NCBI GenBank assembly: GCA_048213135.1
Contig: PS015122.1
Coordinates: 44,130 to 64,129, forward strand
Origin: Reclinomonas americana ATCC 50394
Lineage: Eukaryota
Direction: 5' to 3'
DNA: 20,000 nucleotides
In this document: piece by piece, positions 1 to 12,867 of the stretch
Layout of the letters: each line of letters begins with the position of its first letter
Position numbering within the stretch: position 1 is the first letter of the stretch
The notes under the pieces: model-generated
What the model was told of the DNA's origin: nothing
Seen by the model: the letters and a program-made list of their open reading frames with translations, nothing else
Database searches by the model: none
Translations under genes and position numbers: made by a program

Positions 1-1
1 T

Positions 2-2170
2 GTGCTGGAGCTCGTCGGGGAATGCATGGCTCTCAACAGACGGCACAATGAGGAGAATCTCTTTCTGCACAGTCCAGTGGAAGGAGTTATGTCGCCCCTC
101 GAAAGCATGGCTGCTGCTCGCACGCACAGTGCCTTATCCTCTGCCTTCTCCAGGTGATGGTAGCGCAAGTGCTGAGCGTGCTCACGCCGTGTACGACGCT
201 GGAGACGGCGGCCATGCTGCTCGAGCCGATTGGCAAGGCTCTGGGATTCGGGTTGCATCCGTCGGTGCGCGAGTTGTTTGAGAATTTTATCTGCCGCTTG
301 GTCCTCCGTTTCCCGACGCTGCTGCGCGACTCGCTGTGCAAGTAAGTCGGGAGGTCTTGTCGCCCGTTCTCTCAGCTTTGTGGTGGCTGACAGGCTCGCG
401 CGCGTCTCATGTGCAGGGAGTTGACCAACTTTGAACTGAAACCGATTCGTGCCGCCAGTCTGGTGGCCATCACCTGCATGTATCTGCTCGCAGTGGAACG
501 TGAAGAGTTCCTGGATGTGTTGAAAAAGGTTGCAACGTGCCGCTTGATGGCACGAAGAGGTGAAGCGCGATCTCACGCATGCATTCACAGGAGTTTTGGA
601 CGGTGTCGGCCTGGATCGCCACGCATTACCACTTGACGTGCAACTTGGTGCAGTACACGTGGGTCAAGGTTCACGAACGACTGCAGAGCGAAGGGTTGCG
701 TGCGCTCCTCCGTTCGCATCGTGCGTATTTTTCCTCGTGCTAACCGCGCTTCCTTCGGCAGTGGATCCCCCTTCACGCCCGAAATGAGTGCGTTCCTGGA
801 GAGCGTGGTAACATATGTGCGCACCAATCGAATTGCCCAAAAGAGCTTCCGTAAGGTGCGGGTTGAGTGGCATTGCTCTCCCCCCTGTAATGCACAGCCC
901 CTCAACACTAGTCGTTGTTGCAGAACATTCAATATGCGGCGCGCAATCAACAACGCGTCTTCCACTTGCCTGCTGTGCTGGCGGTGGAGACGTTGACAGA
1001 CCCGGAGCTCATCCGCGCATCTCTGAGTCGGGTACGATGTGCCGCCACTGTCTCTCTTCTGTTCACAACAGACAGTCGATCCTCACCTTATCGACGTGCA
1101 GAACATGATGCTCAGTGTGCGACTGGCGGGCTCCGAGTTCGCCAATCTGTTGGTGCACGACGAGCTGCTGCCCGGGTACCGTGAGCGCACGCTGCGCGAT
1201 CTGGTCTGCGAGCTGCCGGCCGTTGTTCTGGACGACGACAGTCGAGAAAGCCAGCCGCTGTCGCCACCGGCGGATGAGATGGAGTGGACACAAGGTGCAT
1301 AATGGTGCTGCTAGTGATCGAGGAGTTGTCCTTGTGGCAGTTGCTCACCTCCAGTGTAATGCGCCGTAGCGGCGCAACTGGTGGAGGCCAACTGGACGTG
1401 TCCCGAAGTCGAAAACTTTCAGCGCAAGGCTCGGACTGTCACAGACGAGACGCGCGAGTTCATTCTGGATCCAACGCGTGTGCGCAGTCACGGGTATGCT
1501 GAACCAACAAAGTGCTCGCTGTCCTCCAAATATCTTATCTGACACTGCGTGCACCAGACATCGGCACGAACTGATTCTGGTGGCCTCGCTCATTGACAAG
1601 GCCCCGAACCTCGGCGGCCTGTCGCGCACCTGCGAGATTTTCAATGTCGGCAAGCTGGTGGTCGCCGACAAGACCGTCATGCAGGTACGCGCGCCTCACC
1701 GACACCACCGCACTGCGCTCCCTTGCGACTCACCATGGCACAGGATACCATGTTTGTGCAACTGGCCATGACGGCCGAGCAGTGGCTGCCCATCGAAGAG
1801 GTACCAGTGGCCGACCTACCGGCCTACTTGCACCGCATGCAACACGACTGCGGCTACACACTGCTCGGCCTAGAACAAACGTCGCAGAGCGTCAGTCTCG
1901 AGCACTTTGAGTTCCCCGCGCGCTCGCTACTGCTCCTCGGCAGCGAGGGCGAAGGCATCCCACCCGAACTCCTCTCGCTGCTCGAGCGCACCATTGAGAT
2001 CCCGCAATTGGGCGTCGTGCGCTCCCTCAACGTCGTTGCGTGCACAGTGTTTTTGACGCAGCACTAACACCACTGATCATCATCCGCAGCACGTCAGCGG
2101 TGCCGTGGCCATGTGGGAATACACCAAACAGCGAGCTTTCGGCGGGCATGCAGTCCCACTTGCGCAATGA
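2..2170 (+). CDS. TARBP1: tRNA (guanosine-18-2'-O)-methyltransferase, TARBP1/Trm3 (SpoU family); 5'-partial, spliced
   Basis: Spliced C-terminus reads ELILVASLIDKAPNLGGLSRTCEIF...AEQWLPIEEV...LLGLEQT...LLLLGSEGEGIP...IEIPQLGVVRSLNV|HVSGAVAMWEYTKQ, the Trm3/TARBP1 SpoU motifs. Inferred GT-AG introns: 86-153, 342-416, 529-590, 695-761, 856-923, 1032-1071, 1295-1369, 1494-1557, 1685-1743, 2035-2089. Stop TGA at 2168-2170. Confidence 0.93.
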
Positions 2171-2214
2171 ATAGAAACTGTGTCCTCGTCCTCTGTCTTT
2201 GTTGTTCTCCATCG

Positions 2215-3846
2215 ATGGGCGACAGTGACTACGCTGCATGGCCGACCTCGCCCAGCGCGGCTGCGCGTGTGGGCATCAACTCACTGGCGGCCTCCTTCAC
2301 TGCCGACTCGCCTCGCCACGCCCCTCAACGCAGTCTGCCTGCGCAGTCGACTCCGCTCTACACCTCCAGTCGCTCACACTCTGCGGCCTCCTCCACGGGC
2401 TCCTCGCCTGCGCATCGTCCACAGTCGCACTCGGCACTGATGGTCTCCGGAGATCGCTTCATGTTGGACGAGGAGGAGGAGGAGGGAGATGAGGTCATGT
2501 TCCGCAGTGCAAAGGCCTATGATTCGTATGGTGAGAGAGAGAGAGAGAGAGAGAGAAGAGTGTGTGTGTGCGTGTGTGTGTGATGATTGTGATTGATGCA
2601 TTGCATGACTGACTGATGCCTTTGTTTGATTTCAGCTGCTTCCATGTCGCCTAGTGGGCGGTTGCGCTTGCTGCCCTCGACTATCTTTGCTGGTCTGTGT
2701 GTGTGTCTATGTGTGTGTCTGCGTGGATTCTGTTTCTGACTGTTGCACAGGCGAGGAGCAGGAGTTCGGAGGATTGGCTGTTGCGTTTTCTGCTGTCTGC
2801 GAGCTTGTGTTTGCTTCCTCACTGTGTGCGTGCAGAGACATGCGGAGGTGACGATGAGGCAACGGTGGCTTGGTGAGTGCGGATGTGATTGTCGTGACGA
2901 GCATCCTTTCACTGACTGCTTTGTCTCGTGCAGGAATGTGCTCATGTGGACGGCGCAGCTACGATGTGGTGGGCGTGGACAAGGCCATTCTGTTCCGGTT
3001 GCGCAACAAGAGCAACTGTTGTTGCAACCATGTGCGTCGTGTTGTTCTGTGATGAGCGATTTCCGAGCATTCATTGTCATCCTTTCATCTGCAGTGCGTG
3101 ACTTTTTGTTCCGAGACCGAGTTTGTGGCGCGGACGAGGGCTGTCGGTGGCACGCCGCACAGCGAGGACGCAGATGACTCAGATGATGAGAGCGCAGGCG
3201 GGCGGCGCACTCCGCGCACCGGAGACGGGGTGGTGTTCTCCATTGTGCAGCAGGCGTCGTGTTTGTCGCGGAGCATGTATGTTGCGTACACGTGTTGCAG
3301 TGGTGTGACAGGGAAGGAAGGTTGTAGTTGGTGATCGCGTTTCCGCCACACAGGTGTACGATAACGAGGACACGCCAATAGGGCGCACGTACCGGCCGAT
3401 CTTTTGCTGTACGCAGCGAATCGATGTGTTTATGCGAACACCGCTGGAGGGCGAACGGAAAGTGTTTGAGGTCGAGTCCATCCGCGCGTGCGTCGGCTGC
3501 AATGACGTTGCGTGGACCGGCCGTACGCGTCCGTCCTTTTTGTTGTCGCCCCGGCTCACCTCCCCCTCGCGCGCAGTATTCATTCATCATCCGCTCTGCG
3601 GAGTCTGGCGAGGAGTTGGCCGTGATCACACGACGCTGGCAAGGTCTCTGCAAGGCCGCGATGAATCTAGAAGGTGCGTTCTGCTCGCTATTGTTGTGTG
3701 GCTGTACAGGGGAGGGTCTGACTGTGTCTGCAGACTGGAGCATCTCGTTTCCGCAGCATGCTGGGGCCATTGAGCGCGCCTTGTTGGTCGCCGCCGTCGT
3801 GCACCTGGATGTTGTCTTGGGTCAGCAGAAGAGTGGGTCGTCGTAG
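2215..3846 (+). CDS. Phospholipid scramblase family protein with a Ser/Pro-rich N-terminus; spliced
   Basis: ATG at 2215. Spliced product contains LFRLRNKSNCCCNH|CVTFCS, VFSIVQQASCLSRSMY|VYDNEDTPIGRTYRPIFCCTQRIDV and CVGCND|YSFII...ELAVITRRWQGLCKAAMNLE|DWSISFPQHAGAIERALLVAAVVHLDVV, matching the scramblase C-terminal pattern (I.k.W.G...F.i.FP...kAll.ga...iD). Donors at 2531, 2693, 2780, 2873, 3032, 3281, 3507, 3674. Confidence 0.85.
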
Positions 3847-3912
3847 AGCATAAAAGTAATGACGGCGTGAAATGGTGAAACGTAAACAATCCTGGCAAAT
3901 ATTTTCATTCAT

Positions 3913-5634
3913 TCATTCATCATTCATTATACGTGTGGAGTCTGGTGGTCGCAGCAGTCGAGCGGTGAGCGGATTTGGCGTATCGTACGCCCCCGACTTG
4001 CTCAGCAGCACCACCGAATCGTGGTTTGTCGCGGTGGTATCCTGCAGCTCTGTTGCAGCAGCAAAGGATGTTGTGGAGGCGCGCCGCTTGTCCCACAACC
4101 ACTGGCCGACCCACACGCAAACACGGAACAGGAAGCCGCAACCACCAGCAATGCTGATGAGCGAGGCAATGTATGCGGTGGGCGATATGGCAACCTGGGC
4201 GACAATGAGCGAACGGACGACGAGGACACGAAAAGCTTCATCGTCCTCCGCCGCACCTCGCGGTACGTGAGAGCACCGGCTCCGTCGAGAACAAACGCAA
4301 TGATCGACACGTACATGTCGTCGGGGTTCAGCGCTCCACCAGTGGCCGCCATGCTGTAGCGCGTGTAGTTCTCGCTCGAGTTGAGGAACCTGGGTGGGGG
4401 GACACAGATGAGGTCGCCGACGGAGGGAGACATGCCGGGATTCTTGCACGCACTCGTACGTGACCGGGGCCATCACGATTTCGTTGTTACTGGTCTGTGG
4501 TCAGGCACGTCAGCACGTCGGCAAAACATCATGCCAGCAGGAACCAGCATACCGTGTTGACAATCACGCCAGTCACCGTGTCCATGGAAGTGGTGACTGC
4601 GCGAAGCGAGGGAGAGTGAGGGAGAGAGAGAGAGAAGAATGCGAGGAGGAAGGAGGAAGGAGCAGAGTGAAGGAGAACGCAGAGCGAGGTTTGTTGCGCG
4701 GGCAATTGAGACGCAACGCTGGCCAAACATGAGCTTCACCGACGAGGCGACCGTCGACTGCGCAAAACACCGCAGGTTACAATCTACGACGAAAGATCCC
4801 AGAACAGGGTCATCGAAGAGCGCACCGTGGTGTCGGGAGTAAAGACGACCTTGGAGATGTCGAGTCCCGGCTTCGGCGTCATCGTGTACACCATGAGCTG
4901 TGTGCTCCCCGGCGGCGCTGGCTTCTCCAGCATGAAGATCAGCGGATTGCCAATGAGCACCGAACCCGGCAGCGTCTGCAGCGATCCGAGATTGCAGTCA
5001 CAGTCGAGACAAGCTGCGAGGAACAGGAGGAAAAGTCGAACCTGCGCGACATTGACCATCCAGCAGTACGCTCCTTTCTGTTGATAGATAGACAGCAGTG
5101 GCGGCACGTTACCAGCAGACGGCCATCTGTGCGTGCATCAGCGGAGGAATGGGGTCCACTGAGAGAGAGAGACTGGTCATAAAAAAACGCAACACTGCCT
5201 CATCGCAGGGCGTGAGGGTGGCCGCCGAGGTGTCCAGGAAGCAGCGGAACACGGGAACGTACTGTGGCACATCGGCACGGTCCATAACAAGACACACAGA
5301 GAACATGGGAAGCTGACCAGTCACGCGCGAGGCTGTCACAGACAGGTCGGGATTCTGCGCGTGCATGTGATGAGATCAATCATCCCTAGTCAGTCACTCA
5401 CGCGCTCACTTGCTCACCTGGTGTGACTGCACAAGGTGCACCGTCTGCAGCACGCGCAGGCATGTGAGTGTGAGCAGGAGGGAGGGCAGAGAGAGAGAGA
5501 CGCACATAATACACAAAGAAGGCGATCCACACGAGTGCGGCCAGCAGCAGTGGCCAGCGAAGAGTCAGCCACTGTTGTGAGCGGTACCATGGAGTGGAGA
5601 CTGGAGGAGAGGAGGGAGTGGAGGTGCCCCACAT
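3913..5634 (-). CDS. Two-transmembrane protein with a large ectodomain, DEG/ENaC- or PAC(TMEM206)-like channel candidate, ~363 aa
   Basis: Ten exons join in one open frame with GT-AG introns: 5634-5506, 5444-5418, 5354-5194, 5126-5042, 4975-4826, 4757-4718, 4596-4553, 4494-4454, 4389-4257, 4194-3913. TM1 is WPLLLAALVWIAFFVYY; TM2 is YIASLISIAGGCGFLFRVCVWVG followed by KRR. The gene model is well supported; the family assignment is by motif resemblance only. Confidence 0.7.
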
Positions 5635-5832
5635 CTCCCTCCTGTCAAAGGAACGATCAAAGGAACCGACTGTTGACTGTCCAACACTCTGCCCTCTGAC
5701 GGACTTCGCGTGCTTTTGTTGTTGTTGTTTTACTATAGACCAAGCGAGGATATGCAACGTAGTGTTGTGCAGTACACCGGTACAGGTACGAGAAAACAGA
5801 AAGACGAAACAGAGAGAAGGAAGGAGGTTGCG

Positions 5833-8334
<2,502 letters not shown>

Positions 8335-8651
8335 TCTCTCACTAGCACGCGCACACTGTCGCGCTCTCACTGATGAAGTCCGTCTGAGAGTTAGTGTCAA
8401 GTCCGTGAGAAGGACGAGGGGATTTGCGAAGTTCTCTTTCTTTGCATTGCGCCCCCCTCTGCAGTCTATTCTTCATTATTGGCCTGTGAGATACTTGGTA
8501 GGTCAAGGTTGCCAATTGCAAACCCTTTCCATTGGCATCATTTCGCCTCGTGCACTTCACCATTTCCTGCAACCTTGGCAGAACGCACCTTTTTCGCCTT
8601 GCTACCCTTTGCCTTCAACCACGTGGGCCGAAAATTTTCCACTCTTGTTTA

Positions 8652-11600
8652 CTACACGGTGCCGTCGACATGCGCCGCGGGTGCAGCGGCCGTCTCTGTC
8701 GCTGCCACGGGCTCTACGGTGGTGGCGGCAAGTGCGGCGGCGACGGCGTCTGGAGGCGGGGCTTTGGTGTAGGCGCGCTCGTTCTCGGCCTCCCACTCGT
8801 CGCGTAGCGTGCGCAGGAACACGGCGGGCGTGTCGAGCTGTTGCAGGAAGAAGCCGCACGGTCGCTGCCAGTCGACACTGACGGTCACGGCCGCGCCGAG
8901 TTCGTGCGGTGGTAGGCAGAGCGGCGAGGTCACCACGTCTTGCCGCGGCATGTCGCCGTACACAATCAGTTGCGCAAAGCCGCGAATGGCCGCGACCTGC
9001 GAGACCATCGACGGTGAGTGATAACGAGGGGGGAAAAACTCAACTCGTGACACACTCACCGCCGTGAGGCACATGGGAAAGTTGATTTGCTCGCCATCCA
9101 TGACAATGAGGTGCAGCTTGCTGCGCGGGAATGAGCGCCATTCTTGCCAGCAACCCAACAGCGGCATGGTGACAAAGAAGACGCGTGCGGCGGAGGTGAC
9201 ATCGACGGCCTGCAGACGATAGGTAGAAGTGTGTGAGTGCGTGGCCTTCCATGCCAACTGGCATGTTCTCGTTCATCGCACACACCGACATGAGCGATTG
9301 CGTCGTCGACTCCACATGGCACCACTCCTGCTCGGCGACAAGCGAGTCGGGACGGGGTAGCCGCGAAATACCGTCGGGTGCGTCTGCAGTGTATCGCGAG
9401 ATGAGCGTCGTTATACAGTGCGCATCACGCTGCGAGAGACCACACACACACCTTCTCGGACAGTGACCGACGACAAGCCCGGCAGCAGCTGCAGGTATCG
9501 CGCTCGCGTAGCCAGCATCTGTGCATGACTCGCAAACAGCAGCATCACTTTCGAGTCGTGAAGCATGGTGGTCAGCAAGTCCACCATGCCCAGCTGGAGC
9601 AGCTTGCGACCTGGAAGGAGAGGGATAGCATGGTGAGAGCGAAGCTACAATCACGGTGAGATAGAGGAGTCAACACAATAGCGCACCACACTGGGGCAGG
9701 GCTCGGATCAACAGCACTCCGTGCACCAGTGACTTTTGCAGCGCCGTCTGCTGTCCAATGGTCCACTTTTCAATGCCCCACAGCGGACACCGTGCAGTCA
9801 GGTGGCTCTGCACCGCGTGGCGGCTGAACCGCTCGGTCAGATTCATGGTTTTGCCACTGGCCACACGCTTCATGCGCTGCGGCAGTGCCGGGTCGGTGAG
9901 GAACCTGGGGGAGAGAGAGAGGCGGCCGTGAGGAAACGCGACGAGGGTGGAGGCACGAGCATGCAACGCACCGGCGCAGACTGAGGCCGAGAACGCGCAG
10001 CAGCCAGTATCTGGCCTCGAGGGGAGCGGTCTCGAGGTGAGCAAGTTGGGCGGCGTACGACAGCTGTCGACAAGTACGTCGTGAGAAGAACCGCAATGCA
10101 AGAAGAGAGCGACAGGGAAAATTCCCGCACCGGAGGACGACCATCAATGAGACCATCGAGTGCGGTGACCAGTTGGCGCGCATCGACTTGCATCGGCTGC
10201 AGGTAGTTGAACGGGTCCTGCGCCACGACGGAGCGGATTCTCTCGTCGCCCATGTGCAACACGTGCTGCCGGCCAATGTCGATATTCTCAAAGGCCGCCA
10301 GCAGCGGCACCATGAAGCGCACGTCGCCGGCCGCGTAATCGAGCAGCACCTCCTTCATCGGGCGCACTTCCCACAAATTCCACTCCTTCCGCATCATGTC
10401 CTTGACACTGATCTGAGTGGAGGGAAGTTAGACGAAAGAGGTGCATGCTACTCCAGCAGGATGAGACGCGAAACTTTCTCGTCCACAATCGGCAAGTTGA
10501 AAAACTTGAGCACGTCATTGACACCGCAGCTGTTGCCCTTTTTGTGTGCGCCGACGCGTCGCTGGAGATCATTCATGGCCAGGAACGTGTCGAACACGCC
10601 GCGAGGAATGATGCCAAACTGGTGCGACAGTGCCGCCGTGTCGCAGCGCAGGTCGTGGATCACCTTGATGATATCCTCGCGCTCCAGAATCACTCGAAGC
10701 AACTGCATGTGAACGAGGGAAGGCGGTGAGGTGAGAGGGAGAAAGGGAGAGAGTGTGTGAGAGGGAAAGGGAGGGAGTGTGTGAGAGAGGGATGAAGAGG
10801 GAAAGGGAGAGAGAGGGCGACCATTATGTCAGCGAGCACAAAAAAAGAGAGGGAATGAGAGACAAGACACGCATTCGTGAAAGGAGAGAGAGAGAGGAGG
10901 AGTGGAGGAGGGAGGGAGCGAGAGACGCAACGCTATCCTCTCGCGCCAGCATTGTCGGCTCAACCACCACCTAACAAAGCAAAAATCAGGCGAGAGGGAA
11001 CGACAATAGCAGCATCACGGCAGTAGCAACAGTACGCACGTCAAACAGATACNNNNNNNNNNNNNNNNNNNNNNNNNNNNNNNNNNNNNNNNNNNNNNNN
11101 NNNNNNNNNNNNNNNNNNNNNNNNNNNNNNNNNNNNNNNNNNNNNNNNNNNNNNNNNNNNNNNNNNNNNNNNNNNNNNNNNNNNNNNNNNNNNNNNNNNN
11201 NNNNNNNNNNNNNNNNNNNNNNNNNNNNNNNNNNNNNNNNNNNNNNNNNNNNNNNNNNNNNNNNNNNNNNNNNNNNNNNNNNNNNNNNNNNNNNNNNNNN
11301 NNNNNNNNNNNNNNNNNNNNNNNNNNNNNNNNNNNNNNNNNNNNNNNNNNNNNNNNNNNNNNNNNNNNNNNNNNNNNNNNNNNNNNNNNNNNNNNNNNNN
11401 NNNNNNNNNNNNNNNNNNNNNNNNNNNNNNNNNNNNNNNNNNNNNNNNNNNNNNNNNNNNNNNNNNNNNNNNNNNNNNNNNNNNNNNNNNNNNNNNNNNN
11501 NNNNNNNNNNNNNNNNNNNNNNNNNNNNNNNNNNNNNNNNNNNNNNNNNNNNNNNNNNNNNNNNNNNNNNNNNNNNNNNNNNNNNNNNNNNNNNNNNNNN

Positions 11601-11692
11601 NNNNNNNNNNNNNNNNNNNNNNNNNNNNNNNNNNNNNNNNNNNNNNNNNNNNNNAGGAAGAGAGAGAACGAACGACGACGACGTAGTAGAGA

Positions 11693-11724
<32 letters not shown>

Positions 11725-12369
11725 CGAGAGACGCAACGCTATCCTCTCGCGCCAGCATTGTCGGCTCAACCACCACCTAACAAAGCAAAAATCAGGCGAG
11801 AGGGAACGACAATAGCAGCATCACGGCAGTAGCAACAGTACGCACGTCAAACAGATACACATTCTGATCGACATCCGACAGTTGCATCAGGCAGAGACGA
11901 CCTCTGGACATCGCGGTGAGCACACACACTACGAACGCTTGCACAAACGATTGAACTCACGTGTATCCGAGACTGACACCCTCACAATCCCAGCCAAGCA
12001 CAGTGCTCGAGTCCAGCAATCGTTGCGACACGGCCTGGCACTGCGCGTACGTCGTAATGTAGTGCGTCTCGGCACTGTCGTTTGGCACAAACGGGATTGG
12101 AGCTACGCATGAACGCAGGTGAGATGATCATCAACAACAGGAACAAACACGCAGTCGATCGCGTCCACGCACGAGGATCAGGCATGCGAATGGTTCCCGA
12201 CGACTCTGCGCACAGCATCATTCGTCAGTGGCGGAGAACGATGAAGAAGGAGAGAGAGAGGAGGAGGAGGAGGAGAAGGAGGAGGAGGAGGACAAGAAGA
12301 AGAAGGAGAATAAGAAGAACAAGAACAAGAACAAGAAGAAGAACAAGAAGAAGAAGAAGAAGAAGAAGA

Positions 12370-12411
<42 letters not shown>

Positions 12412-12450
12412 GAGGAATAAGAAGAAGAAGNNNNNNNNNNNNNNNNNNNN

Positions 12451-12487
<37 letters not shown>

Positions 12488-12811
12488 CTCCTCTCTCTCT
12501 CTCTCTCTCACTCTCCTCTCTCTCTTCTCTTCTCTCTCTCTTCTCTCTCTCTTCTCTCTCTCTCTTCTCTCTCTCTCTCTTCTCTCTCTCTTCTCTCACA
12601 CCTCATAAGGAAAGCCCGCATGTGCAATGTGCGCGGGAATGAGCCTATCGCCCGCAGTCGAGGAGGAGTCAGTGGCAAGTGACGAGCACGAGGCCTCATC
12701 ACTCACACCGTCCTCAGTCACCACATCATCCTCTGCACCTGCACACACACACACACACACGTGAGACACAGAGAGTGAGCAGAGAGGAGCACAGACAGCG
12801 CAACTGCTCAT
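8652..12811 (-). CDS. EXD1/Egalitarian-like DEDDy 3'-5' exonuclease with a C-terminal degenerate SF1B (Upf1-like) helicase-like domain; spliced, spans two assembly gaps
   Basis: Exonuclease motifs: ExoI VLGWDCEGVSLGYT|GRLCLMQLSD...VYLFD (~11845-11995); ExoII ILEREDIIKVIHDLRCDTAALSHQFGI...VFDT (10590-10700); ExoIII WEVRPMKEVLLDYAAGDV (10320-10375). The frame continues through GT-AG introns to stop TAG at 8652-8654. Proposed start ATGAGCA at 12811 with intron 12804-12739 gives MSSAEDDVVTED. One N-terminal junction (12601 to ~12205) is unresolved. Confidence 0.85.
10908..11858. repeat. 145-bp direct duplication (10908-11052 and 11714-11858) flanking a 602-N gap
   Basis: The stretch gagggagggagcgagagacgcaacgctatcc...gtcaaacagatac occurs on both sides of the gap. 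It contains the exon VVVEPTMLAREDS. Confidence 0.95.
11053..11654. other. Assembly gap (other gaps: 12431-12450, 14673-14695, 15485-15569)
   Basis: Runs of N. Confidence 0.99.
12243..12597. repeat. Compound intronic microsatellite: (GAG)n/(AAG)n/(GA)n purine tract, 20-N gap, then (CT)n pyrimidine tract
   Basis: Read directly. Lies within an inferred intron of the exonuclease gene. Confidence 0.95.
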
Positions 12812-12867
12812 GAGTAAGACAGATAAGAGAGGACATTCACTGTGTCCTCCGTCCTTCGTCGTTCTCA

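Noticed and set aside
2517-3770. 417-aa minus-strand ORF and many other track ORFs
   Set aside because: These are antisense or out-of-frame shadows of spliced genes in GC-rich DNA, with no recognisable motifs.
4390-4435. Possible GC donor (gcatgt) in the channel-like gene
   Set aside because: A canonical GTGCGT donor at 4453 gives the same phase and a typical 64-nt intron.
12082-12608. Poly-K/E/R/L ORFs
   Set aside because: These are translations of intronic microsatellites and N-gaps.
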